Positions 38,536-52,013 of a stretch of DNA of 52,013 bases are shown piece by piece; position 1 is the stretch's first letter; each line of letters starts with the position of its first letter. The DNA is from Spirogloea muscicola (Eukaryota). The DNA lies in assembly GCA_009602725.1 (NCBI GenBank), contig WELB01000004.1:885938-937950 (forward strand), given 5' to 3'. The notes below the pieces were generated by a model. The model made no database searches. It saw only the letters and a list, made by a program, of their open reading frames with translations, and was not told the origin of the DNA. The translations under genes were made by a program, and so were the position numbers.

Positions 38536-40166
38536 TTACGCCTCCCCTGGCGAACCGCCATCGTCCATCTCTTCCTCGGGGAGCACGTAGAACTCAATAT
38601 AAGAGATGCGCATGCCCTGGTCCGGGCTGGCGTAGTGGTGCTGCTGGTGCGGTGTCGCCCGCACAGTAACCAGGTGCTGCACCTTGAGCAGGCCGCCAGC
38701 ATCGATTGTTAGCTTACTGCCCTGATTCTCCTTGAGGATGCTTGTTGGGATGTTGGCTGTCGTTGCGCTCAGGTGCTTGTACTTGTACCTGACATGTGCA
38801 GCGTCACCAAGAAGCACATCAAGCTATTGCCTTCAAGCTGACACCTCTGCTCGGTTCTCGTTCAGTGTTGCAGAGACGTTGCCCGTTGTATTCTCGACTC
38901 CTCATCCAGCGTCATGAATTACTGGCGCTAATATCTTGAATTGATGTCGATGAACGTCAAGGTTAATTGATTACAGCGCTAGGCCAGTGTGTAAAAAATA
39001 CCGACGACGTTCTGGACTTGGGTGGCACACTGCTACCTGAAGGAGACCTTGTGGTCGCACTGAAAGGCAATGAAGAGGTCTGACTGCTCCTCATAATGCA
39101 TGTCAATCTTCACACAATAGAAGCAAACATACAATGAATTGACAGTGCACGCATGGTTCGTTGTGCGCTGCGGCGCCCTTCTAGCTCTAGCCAGCACTAA
39201 TGCAGCACTTCTTCTCTTCAGGAGATGGAATGACACAACTCTGAATGCAGGAAATGAAAATGGTGGTAAGAAGACTCCGGGGCCAGAATTGCAGAGACCT
39301 CTTCCTTAGCAACATGCAGAAGATGCAGAGAACTCGTGTTAAATGGCCGGAAATGCACGCTGCCAGCTTCAGAGGCATGCATCTGTCGGGGGGGTGGGCG
39401 CGCTGGCAGGCTGGGACCTGCAGGTCGCCAGCTCCTTCACAGCGGAAGCTGACGGTTGGAGGCACGGGCGTGGCGATGACTTGCACACTTGCGCCAGGCC
39501 ACTCGAGGTCCTCAATGGCCTCCTTCAGCGCGGCAGACTGAGCAGCAAGGGGCAATGCTTCGGTTGGATGGTCAGTCTGAACTCGAAGACTAAAGCCAAC
39601 ATTCCTCACTGACAGCTGTGACAGCTGCTGCTTTTGATCTGACGTGCATTCCAGCTATACCTCATTCACGTGCGAGACCTGTGCATGGAGGCGCTGCATG
39701 AGGGATCCTATGGTTTCAGCTCCCCTTGAGGGCGAAGACGATGGCGCTGCGCCCCTGGCCACCGGCGTCGATGCTGTACCCGCGAGGGATGCGGTCCCGC
39801 ACCCGCGTCCGGATCTCTGCATCTGTGCACGTCCCGGACTCGTCTGTCAAACTGGCAGGGGCAAGGCTTGCCTCATTTCCCAAGCTGCCTCCTGACCTCA
39901 TGAGCGGTACCTGCAGGCCTCGAGCGCAGTGTGCTCTTGCCACAACTCCATGAAGCGGGCAAGCCGGTGCAGCCTGGACGTGACTTTGGCGAGCAGGGAG
40001 ATTAGACGCACTTGAGGCAGAGCTGAGCGTCGGGGCCCGGGTACCGGAGCTCCAGGGCGGCGGCGGTGGCCAGCGAGGCAAAGACGTTGAGGCAGTCGAC
40101 GAGGAGGGAGAGGCTGACGCCAAAGCGCATGCGCGCCGCCGCCTCGTACCGGTACTCCTGGAAGAG
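38536..40166 (-). CDS. RAD1: 9-1-1 checkpoint clamp subunit RAD1 (5' exons probably in the gap at 40915-41780; one aberrant splice donor)
   Basis: LFQEYRY..FGVSLSLLVDCLNVF, LRYPGPDAQL, SAALKEAIEDLEWPG, GAGDLQ|ID, YKYKHL, SKLTIDAGGLLKVQHL and ISYIEFYVLPEE match recalled plant RAD1. Confidence 0.9.
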
Positions 40167-40893
40167 CTGCAGCAATAGGTTGGCAGCCAGCATTCGTCAT
40201 TGGGACCGCGGCTCCAATCAATTTGTGGGCAGCTTCAAGCCTCAGCCACAGCCAGCACTGCTTTGACGGAAGCCAAACGGTCACTACATCGGAATCCAAA
40301 AAGGTCACTGAATCGCAATGTGGCACTGCCGGCTTCACTGGCCTGCTGTACTGCTCCTGGGCGCAGCGGCTTTGAGGGCAGGCTGGGCGTGCGCCAGGAG
40401 CGAGGCTGGGGCATAGTCGTGTTTCTGCCTCGAGCTCGACAAGCCAAAGCAGACAAGCGCGCGACCAGACTCGCTATCCCCAACCCTCGAGTAACCAAAC
40501 CTCAAGGTTATCAATGTCAGCAGGATCATGCAACGTTGGGGTCCTGCGACAGGAGGAGCCTGGATAGTAGTCGAGCCCCCCAGGTTTTGGACATGTGCGG
40601 AGCCGGGAGCCGAGCTGCACGGAGCTCATACGTGCCCGAGGATGTGGTGCCAGGCGCCTCTAACCAGTTGCAGGCCACAACTTAAGAGTCAAGCTTCACA
40701 ATCACCAGGTGCAGGCTACGACTCAAGACTCGAGCTTCACAACTGTCAAGCAGAACCCCAGAGGCTTGGGTTTGTTGACTGAGGGGGCAATTAGGTTTCT
40801 TGGAGTTTCAGGGTTTAGGCAGCTGGGCTTTGAACTAGGGTTGTGGGATGGGGGGTTTAGGCTGCTGGTTTCTCTGCTCTGAAGGGGTCTATT

Positions 40894-41906
<1,013 letters not shown>

Positions 41907-42068
41907 GACGCCGCCTTGATGCTCCGCACGGCTGCTGGCGCCGTGGCCGGGCGCGCCCGCGCGGCGGCGGAGTCGCGCTCGCTGCGCTGAGCGGCGGCGA
42001 GGGAGGAGTCCTCCGGGCGCCGCCGCCTCGTCGCCGCAGCAGCGGCGGAGGCTGTCTACGCGACCACG

Positions 42069-45000
42069 ATGAAGCGCAAGGGCGAAGACGGCGTGGCCGG
42101 CCAGCACAGCAAGCGCCCGGCTGGCGCGGCGGCCAAGCAGGAGCCAGCGTGAGCGCTGCCGGCAGAGCTCCTCATGCCGCCGCCGCCGCCTCCGCGGCCT
42201 CACTGTCGCAGTGCGCAAGTTGACGTCCCCGTGGCGTTGCCTCGGCGCGCAGGTCCGAGGCGCCGCTGGCGCCGGGCGGCTCGCGGCTGACGACGGACGA
42301 TGCGCTGGCGTACCTCAAGGCGGTGAAGGAGAAGTTCAAGGACGACAAGGACAAGTACAACGAGTTCCTGGAGGTCATGAAGGACTTCAAGGCGCAGCGG
42401 TGCGGCGCCGCCGCCATGGCCGTCCTTGCCTGCTTGCGTGCACAATCGTGGCCCCTTAGCACTGACGCGGCTCTGCTGTGGTACCTCTGCTGTGTCTGCT
42501 GTGACGGGGCGGCGCTACCAGGATAGACACATCGGGCGTCATCGCGCGCGTCAAGGACCTCTTCCGCGGCCACCGGCCGCTCATCCTCGGCTTCAACACG
42601 TTCCTGCCCAAGGGCTTCGAGATCACGCTGCCGCCCGAGGACGACGGCGGCGGCGGCGGCGCGCCCAAGAAGCAGCCCGTTGAGTTCGACCAGGCCATCA
42701 GTTACGTCAACAAGATCAAGGTGACTTCCGCTGCACCTCCGCAGGCGCCGCCGTTTGCTGTTGTGCCGCTCCGCAGACTGCCTGGTACTGACGCGCCTCG
42801 GCTGCTGCCGCCGTTGTGAGTGAGCGCAGACGCGCTTCCAGGCCGACGAGCATGTGTACAAGGCGTTCCTCGAGATCCTCAACCACTACCGCAAGGGCAA
42901 CAAGAGCATCAGCGAGGTCTACCAGGAGGTGGGATAGCTCGCCATCGCCGCTGCCGCTGTCACCTCGCTATTGCGGCCGTGGCCAAGCACTCGGGCGGTC
43001 CAAGGCCACCCGCAGCTTTTTCTGAGTCAAGGACGATGCGAGGTGTGTGAGGTGCGCAGGTGGCGAGCCTCTTCCAGGACCACTCTGACCTGCTCGACGA
43101 GTTCACCTACTTCCTGCCGGACTCCACCGGTCCGCCGCCACCATCGACAGCAGCAGGCGCAGCGCCAATGCACGCCCCGGCTGCGGCGCGGCAGCCTCTT
43201 GGCGGCGGTGCCGGCGGCGCTGGCCGCCCCGACAAGCAGGGCGGCGGAGGCGTCAGCGGCGGTAATGGGCCCCTTGGGTACCATGCTGGCGAGAAGCCGC
43301 CCAAGGTGCGTGCGCTGCTACTGCTGACACGGTCTTCTTGTGGATTGCCTTTGTCATTGCATCAATGTTGTGGCGTCCCAACCAGTAGCCGTGCTCCGTC
43401 TTTGCCATTGCCACGCAGGAGAAGGTCTGGCTGACCTTAGAGTCCTCCTGCCATTGCTGCCACTGTTGCTCGCAGAAGGTGAAGGTGGGGCCGAGCGAAC
43501 GTGGTGGCCAGCGCAACGTGCAGCTAGATCCGGACAAGGCCTTTGCTCGCGCCGAGCGCGAGCGCCTGAAGCGCAGCGAGAAGGAGCGCGAGCGGCAGCA
43601 GCAGCAGAAGGACCGAGACTCCGCGGCTGCCGGCGACGGCGGCGGCGGCGGCGGCGGCGGCGACGATCCCGACGACCCGCGCCTTCCGCATAAGCGCAAG
43701 TCGGCGCGGCGCGCCGATGAGCTGATTCGTCGACAGGCGCACGGGCCGGAGGCTGGCGCCGCCGCCGCCGACGATGGCATGGACGCCGTCGAGACCTCAG
43801 GCATGGCGGCAGCCCCGGTGGCGTTGGGGCCGGCGGCGGCGGCGGTGGCAGCAACGGCAGGAGCCGTAAATCAGAGCGCTGAGGACAAGAAGATTGCCAC
43901 GAGTATGTGCTGTTACCACCTATCTTGCTCGCCTTATTGCTATCGACTAATTCGTCATCAGATACTCAGGCAGATGCACGACTCATGCCCAAGTCGCATG
44001 CGAAACACAACCTCGTCGCCGTTCAGCAAAGGAGTGTGCAAGCTGTTGTGAGCTGAGCTCCTCTGCTTGCTTGCATTTGGCTCGTGGCAGGTCTGCGCAT
44101 GCTCCTGCTCCAGCACCTCTCAACGACTCCTCGCGGAGCGTCAGGTCCACCACAGGCCGCCTCCTTCCATCATTTAGAAAGTGCGGCAGCACCGCACACT
44201 CGCTGTTGTGCAGCATCGCTGTCAGGCTGCTATCGGTGACACTGACAGAGATTGCCACGTGCAGCAGCGACGCTGGTCAAGGAGCTGGGCTTCTTCGAGC
44301 GCGTCAAGGGGCGGCTGCGCAATCGGGAGGCGTACAACGAGTTCCTCAAGTGCCTCAACCTCTTCAGCAAGGACATCATTGGCCGCACTGAGCTCCAGAG
44401 TCTGGTGTGTTCATGCAACGTCCTTCACCGTACCGTCAATCTGTCAAGGCAGGCACTCATTGCCGTGTCTCAGAACCAGGGCCAGCTGTGGACCTCAGCC
44501 GCTTTTTGACGCCGTCGTGAGTGGCAGGTGAGCGACCTGCTGGGGCGCTTCCCTGACCTGCTAGACGGCTTCAGTGATTTCCTGTCGCGCTGCGAGAACC
44601 TTGGTTAGTGCCTGAGACTGCCCTCAAGTGCTCATCTCTTGCTCGCTCGCTCGTCACAGCCCGAGCAACTGAGACAGAGCGGGACTCTGGGTGGTCGCTC
44701 ACGGGTGACTGGCCCGAGCATCGCTGCTGGTTGCAGAGGAGTCGGACCTCGCGGAGGCCTTGTCTGGGAAGCCGGTGAAGGTGGAACGCGAGCGGGAGCG
44801 CGACCGTGAGCGAGAACTGGCGATACGGGACCGCGAGCGCTCAGAGCGCAGCGAGCGGCCCATGCCGACCGCGGCGGCCAAGGACGGCGGAGTCGTCAGC
44901 CATAAGGGTGGGGGCCTGGCACCTAGCGGTGGCGGTGGTAAGGACAAGTACATGTACAAGCCAATCTCAGAGCTTGACCTCTCTGGCTGGGAGCGCTGCA

Positions 45001-48000
45001 CGCCCAGCTACCGTCTCCTGCCGAAGAATGTAAGCATTGCCACATCTGCTTGACACATCAAATCTCGTGATTCTGGAGTTACTCCCTTGAGGTCAAGCCT
45101 AGCTTGATGCACCAATGCTTCCTCAGTATTTGGTCCTAAACACTCTGAGACTACGAGTTATAATCATCCTGCAAAGGCTGCTCTATAAGCCTCTATCCTT
45201 TGATCTTATGAACCTCACACTGGCGCATTCGAGTACCGGCTGTGCGTGTTGGTACCTCTGTCTCCTGCTCGATGTCGTTGTACTGGGATGCTGACCTGCA
45301 CTGAGGCGTACCTTAAGATGCTACCGTGGTGCTTCTCTTGAGATCCTGGATGTGTACCTGCAATCTGACCTGTCGTCGTGGTCCTCTCTGACAGTATCCC
45401 CGGGCCATCTCAAGCCACCGCACGGAGCTTGGGCAGCGTGTGCTGAATGACCACTGGGTGTCTGTCACGTCCGGTTCAGAGGACTACTCCTTCAAGCACA
45501 TGCGCAAGAACCAGTACGAGGAAAGCCTCTTTCGCTGCGAGGACGACAGGTACGTTGCAGATGCTGCACTGAGCTGCATGTGGTGCACTAATGTGCTGCT
45601 GGGGTCAAGCAGCAAGAAGGGTTGAGGCTGCCATGCATGGCCGTCTCTAAATACCTGTGGGTCCCCCCACCTCCCTACCTCCCCTCCCCACTTGGCCCCG
45701 GTTTCTCACCCGCCCTCTTCTGTCTCAGATTTGAGCTGGACATGCTGCTAGAGTCGACGTCAGTAACAGCGCGCCGTGTGGCCGAGATTGTGAACAAACT
45801 CCATGTCATGCCCACAGAAGAAAAGGCCGCATTCCACATTGATGACCACCTCAATGGTGTGCTCCTGGAATCTGCTCCTCTTTCTTGCATCTTGTCCAGT
45901 CTCTTTGCTACCCCGCATGGTGCTGTGCTTTCTTCTTCTTGCTGAATAACTTGAAGGCCAAGGCCGAGGTTGCAGCAGCCTGCTCCTATGTAAATCCTCT
46001 TCCTTGACACTGTCCTGTCCACTTGGTCAGCTATCAACTTGCGGTGGATCGAGCGGATCTATGGGGACCACGGTCTCGACATATTGGAGCTGCTGCGGCG
46101 CAATTGCGCTCTAGCACTGCCTGTGGTGCTCAATCGCCTGCAGCAGAAGCAAGAGGAATGGCTCAAATGCCAGGATGAGATGAACAAGGTGTGGGGTGAG
46201 GTTTATGCTAAGAACTACCACAAGTCGCTCGATCACCGCAGCTTCTACTTCAAGCAGCAGGACAAGAAGAGCCTCAGTACCAAAGGTAAGCGCCCCTTCT
46301 TTGCGTGTGAGTTCAGTTCGTCTTTAGACTGCCAGACTTGCTCCAACATGCACCCTTGTGTACCTAGTCTAGAAGAAGCACGTTACCGATGTGGATGTAT
46401 GAGCTCTTCTGATGATATCATTTACCTCAGCTTATAAAGATCAACGGTCGCCTTACTTGATAACAGCAGTTTCCAACAGGGCACAGCTTCAGCTTGTCAA
46501 ATTTCTGGGTATACAGGTGTGACTTTAGGGCCACAATTAGCCGGCAGATGCTAGCTAACCTCAAAGGCCATGTTGTGCAGGTCTGCTGGCCGAGATTCGG
46601 GAGATTGCAGAGCAAAGGCGGCAGGAGGACGCAACGATGTCAGTCATTGCAGCGGGCAGCGGGCGCCCTCTGCTACCGGACCTGACCTTTGAGTACGTGG
46701 ATGACAGCATCCACGAGGACCTTTTCAAGATTGTCAAATTCTCAGCGGAGGAGGTGTGCACCAGCGCAGAGCAGAGCCGCAAGCTGATGCGGCTGTGGGC
46801 CACATTTTTGGAGCCGCTACTTGGTATCCAGTCCACTCACCTGGCTGCGCTGGACGACGAGGACAACGACGACGGACCGGCAGCAGGGCCACGGGAGGGT
46901 GAGGATGGCGAGGACGATGGGGAGCATGAGAGAGGGGACGACGAGGAGGAGGAGCATGAGGATGAGGCGGAAGGGGCCGGCGGTGGCGCCGCTGAGGAGG
47001 ACGAGGAGGAAGAACCTCACAGCAGCTCGCCCGAGATGGCCGACATCCCCGCCAACCCATTGCTGCACAAGCAGGCGGCCGAGGCAGCGGCCAGCGTCGA
47101 CGCTGCCGTCGTGCTGGAGGCGTCGAGTGCCAAGGAGAGCAGGCCGGACGACAAAGGAAAGGGTGTGGACGAGGTCAAGGAGCCGGTGAGGGGCGAGGCG
47201 CATGAGGAGGCCAAGTTGGCAGCGGAGCCAGCGAGCAGTGAAGCCATGGAGAGGGGGCCGGAGAACAGTGCGCCAAAGGGTCTCCCAGAAGTGGCTGGTG
47301 TGGCATCCGTTGCTCCTGCTGGCGATGCAGCGGTAGCAGCGAGGGACTCTGTCTTGAGCAGTCGAGTGGGAGCCGCGAAGGGCGACAAGCCCACGGAGCT
47401 GCAGTCAGGCGACCATGCACCACCTTGTGAAGAGGCCACCTCCACTCTCAGCCCCCGGCCCTCTGCATACGAAACGAAGCCAGCAGTGAAGGAGGAGACT
47501 GCTGGGATGGCGGATGGAGCGGCGCAGACACCAGCAGTTGCCAACGTTGTCGTGAGTGCCGCTGCTAAGGTGCGGAGGCATGCATGTAAATGTTGGCCAT
47601 TTTTCCTGCAGGTTCCTGCAAGTCAGCCGGCTGCTGAGTCTGACACCTTGCTGAGGCCGTGCCTGCAGCACGAGGAGGTCCTGAATTCGCTCCTGGAGAA
47701 CGGCGTCATGGGTGCTGCGCCAGCAGCGGAGGCTGATGCGCTGCTCCCGGCTGCCACTGCGTCGCTCTCGGGCACGCCCGATGGGCCCGTCGCTAGCACC
47801 GCCGAAGCTGCCGAGGGTGGCTCCTCGCCGTCCTTGGAGCTGCCTCTCAAGGCCAAAGCACGCATCAACGGCGTCAAGGAGCGGGGCGGCAAGCGGGGCC
47901 GGCGGAAGGACGAAGACGTGGAGGAAGAGGAAGGGGAAAGTGCGCAGCAGAAGGGCGGCAGTGAGCCAGAGGACAGCGAAGAGGCATCGGGCTCCGAAGA

Positions 48001-50927
48001 GCCGCCGCTCATGGACGAGGAGCATGACGATGATGAGGAAGACGAGGAAGACCACCAGCAAGTAAGTGTGATGGTAACAGTTGCTGGATCAGAATTGTAG
48101 ATTGAAGTTTCCCACAAGGGAAGAGTATGAGAAGAGCACATATCATGTGAATTGAAGCAGCATTCCAAGCTTTGGAATGATCTCTTCCATACTCACTACG
48201 TCGTATGTGTCTGCTTAAATCTCAAACCCCTGACTGTCGAAGCTGAAGCCCCTGTACTCCAGATTTTCTGACAAACTTCTTCTACGCCCATAACTACTTC
48301 CTTTGGTGTACGGTCTTAGTTTGCAAGCAGGGCCCCACAGGTCATGTGTGGTCGCTGTTTACAATTGTTGCTTGATGACACTCATCGAGGGACTGCCACT
48401 CCCAGGCTCGCCGCGACAAGGCCGAGAGTGAGGGCGAGGCTGAAGTGGCGGATGACGATGAGATGGACGGCAATACGTCCCCAGCCGCCGTGCAGGACCG
48501 CATCTTTGTGTCCTGCCAGCCGCTGGCGGCTCATGCTGCCTCCATCCAGGGGCTTGCTGCAGAGCAGAAGGATGACAGAGCTGGCTGCAGCAACATCTTC
48601 TACGCCAACGACTCGCTCTACATCCTCTGTCGCCTCCACCAGGTGATCTTCCACATGACCAGTATCTCTCAAGGGGCTGGCTTGTTGGATCAAGTTCTTG
48701 GACAACTCATTGCTTTGTAACCGTGTTGGATACAGACCCTGTCAGAGCGCATCTACTCGGCGAAGATGAATGCCCGCATTGCCGAGCAGAAGTGGAGGCA
48801 GCTGAACGACAGAAGTCCACCGGACCTCTACAACAAGTAACTGTTTCAGACATGGATGTCCATAGTTGCAGTGTTGATGGAGTTTGCCAAGTCGTCTCTA
48901 TGAGCGGGCATCTTTGCAGAGGCCTAATTGGTGTGATCAATCACCTTCTCCTCATATTTGCATTTTGAGTGCAGATTTATTTCAAGCTTGCACAAGTTCC
49001 TTGATGGGTCCACCGAGAATGCCAAGTTTGAAGACGAGTGTCGGGCGATCATTGGCACACAGTCATACGTACTCTTCACCTTGGACAAGCTCATCTACAA
49101 GCTCGTCAAGCAGGTCACTTGCAGTGCCATTTAGACCTCCTGGCGCAGCAGATGAGTCCTTCGTTAGGCTCACTGTCAGGTGCCCTTTGGGGGCTTCTTC
49201 GTTGGTCAACATACATTGGCCGCGGAGCTCATTCATTTGACTTCCAGCCTGATGTGGGGCTCAAATATCTGAGCCTAACTTTCCACTTGTGCTGATGCAG
49301 TTGCAACTTCTGGTTGTGGACGAGGTGGCCATCAAGATGCTGCAGCTGCATGCATATGAGCAGTCCCGGAAGCCCGCTGGAAGTATTGTGGACCTCGTCT
49401 ACCACGCCAATGCAGCCACCATTCTCCATGACGAGAGCGCTTACAGACTCGAGCATGTGAGCTGCTCGTCGCTTGCTACATGGCTGATTTGGATGCCTGG
49501 CCTGTCCTGCAATAGCTGCATAGGCAGATGTAACAGTTGACCAGCTGAGCAATATCTCTTGATGTAGTAGCTTAGCCGTCGCCACAGTGATTGAGGACTG
49601 CAACCTTGTCAGCATTCCTGCCATCTGGCCAGCTCGGTCGCCATCTGGCCAGTTCGGTCTGTTGCTTGCATGCTGCCCCTTGGCAGCTGCAGGCACCCAA
49701 GGAGGGTGTCCAAGGAATACAGGGCAGAACTCCCAAGGAGTAGTATCCTAGGGCTGGTGGCGCTCATCATGTTCAGCTATTATCCACAACAGTGGGACTA
49801 CAAGAGGTCCAAACCTACTTACCTCCTGAACCAAATGATTTTTCCTTCTTGACAGACATCCTCTCCCAGTCGGCTTAGCATCCAGCTGATGGACGTGGGA
49901 CCCACAAAGCTGGATGTACCGGCTGTGACAATGGAGCCAGCATTTGCCAAGTGCGTGAACGACTTCACACACACGGAATCGACACCAAAGGAAGGACGCA
50001 GGATTTACCTCAGCAGGTGGGACTTGAGGCAACTCCGCTTGTGCAGTTGCTTATACGCAGGGCGCTATGCAGACTTCTTAGGCCAGCATGCTGTATCAGC
50101 AGCTTGGTATAAGACACCACCTTAGAGCACAAGGGAAGATGTCAGCAAATGGACACGATTTAGCTATGGGAGAGCTGGAGGAGACTTTATTTGTGAAGAA
50201 TGGAAAGGAGCGCAGGGTTATCGGGCTAGCATTGGTTGATTGTACAATGCTCCACCACTGAGATCCTTCTGTCATCTATGCTGCCAGAAATGCGGCCAAG
50301 TATGACAAGGCGCATGGAGACGAGGAAGCCATGCTGCGGGCTCTTGAAACTGTGGAGGTTCGCAATGGCCTCGAGTGCAAGATGGCCTGCGGCACTTGCA
50401 AGGTTGCATAGCCTTCAGAGGCCTTGCTCTTATCCTCAAGATGCAGCAAGATGTGACGATGACGACTTGCTGTGGTCTGCCAGCAATTGCCACAGTGCTC
50501 TGATCTGAAGCAGTGCTGCTACCAGGAAGTCGCAGCTGCTTAAGATACTCCTGTTGTGTAAGCGCAGGTGTCGTACGTGCTGGATACGGAGGACGTCTAC
50601 TGCCGCCGGAGGTGGCAAGCAGCGCCAGGAGCCCGGAGGATGGTCAAGGCTCCGAGTCCACTGAGGAGGAAAGGAGAGAGGTTCGCAGCGTGGCTGGCAA
50701 ATCGAGCGCAGGCCTTGGCGGCTCTGGACGATGGGGTGGTGCAGCCGCCGGAGGTGGCGGAGGCAGCGCATGCCGGCGTGGAGGAGGGCAGACACGGGCC
50801 TGCCGCTGCCGCCCAGGAGCCCGAGCGCGAACGGCACCCATCGCCCCCAGCTCTGGCTGCTCCCCCGACGCCGCCCACCTTTGCATCTTCGTCGGACCCC
50901 ACTACACCTACGCCAACGGAGTCCTGA
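42069..50927 (+). CDS. SIN3: SIN3-like transcriptional corepressor (3 PAH domains, HDAC-interaction domain, Sin3a_C), >20 exons
   Basis: MKRKGED start; [142 protein letters not shown]. Confidence 0.96.
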
Positions 50928-51612
50928 CACTGCTTGGCCTTTTCTACTGCTTGGCCTTCTCTATGGCGGGGGACATTCAGACGATGCTCCAGACCCCACA
51001 CTGTCCCCTTTGGCCACAACTCCACTTGTGCTCCTCTCTGAGCACGTTGAGATTCTGAGCAAGGGGCTCTTGCTGTGGTGAAGTAACAGAGGTAGATTTC
51101 TTCTTAATGAATGGCTGCATGCGGTGTATATATTACGCAATGGCGGGGCTTCCAAAGACACCTGCTGGCCTGCCTGCTGGCAGTCTGATGCCACAGCAGT
51201 GCTCCTCCATTGCCTGTTCTCCGCATTGGTCAATTTGACACTCGGGGACGAAGTCGGCTTCGCTGCTTCAGATGATGACGATGAGCAGTCAACTACCTAC
51301 CACTCAATCAGAGGCCTCTTTGAGGCACTTGCTGGCTAAGCAACCCCTAGATGTAGGGCAACAGAGGCCCAAGAGGGCATGTCTTGAGGTCCAATTTAGG
51401 TAGCCATGCTCTTCTTCACTGATGCCCGGTGCCAAAGCAACCATGGCCTTGGCATGAGCCACGTGCATGAGGAGCCAGGTGTGTTGGTCCATGCTGTGAC
51501 TCGACTGGTATCAACGACTCAGCTGAAGCCAACAGCTCCCGAGATCAGACAATTGCCTGGTTATGACGCACAGCAGCAGTCGTCGCTAACCCCCACTTGC
51601 AAGCCTTCCCGG

Positions 51613-51640
51613 CTTTAGGGTTAGGGCTTAGGGTTAGGGT
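51613..51640 (+). repeat. Interstitial telomere-like repeat
   Basis: TTTAGGGGTTAGGGCTTAGGGTTAGGGT. Confidence 0.75.
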
Positions 51641-51868
51641 TCGCTACTCCGGACATGGCAAAATTCACGGTCGACATACTGGGGCTCGAACAGTGTCCCG
51701 TCGGAGCAACGGAGACGGCACCTATCTGTGCAGCACGACCGGCCGGCCGTCAGCTGCGGTGGCGCATGGCGCCCGCGACGCCCAGCGCCGGCCCGGCGAC
51801 GAGCGTCGGGAGGAGGAGTGCCGCGGCGGCGGCGGCCGGGCGCCCAACGACCGGCACGCGCCGCAGCA

Positions 51869-52013
<145 letters not shown>

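Overview
Intron-rich, GC-rich eukaryotic nuclear DNA, most likely from a streptophyte green alga. This is inferred from a chloroplast NDH subunit (NdhT), PPD7, a plant RIC-type CRIB motif, plant-type telomere repeats and short spliceosomal introns. Manual splicing gives 13 genes: CFIm25, PPD7, a WH1+CRIB protein, PurM/AIR synthase, PYD1, an unknown gene, RSM22/METTL17, NdhT, RCC2, NDUFAF6, DNA polymerase eta, RAD1 and SIN3-like. A 4-kb mosaic repeat region lies at about 6.2-10.3 kb. The main finding is a multi-exon gene at 10995-13715, which the ORF track shows only as unconnected fragments. It joins an apparent WH1/EVH1 domain and a basic patch to a canonical RIC CRIB motif ([18 protein letters not shown]...PSWMDEFK), giving a WASP-like N-terminal architecture on a putative ROP effector. 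RSM22/METTL17 has an in-frame stop and RAD1 a GG splice donor, so both may be lesioned. Assembly artefacts include Illumina adapter sequence, poly-A/G runs and N gaps. All family assignments rest on recalled motifs; no searches were run.
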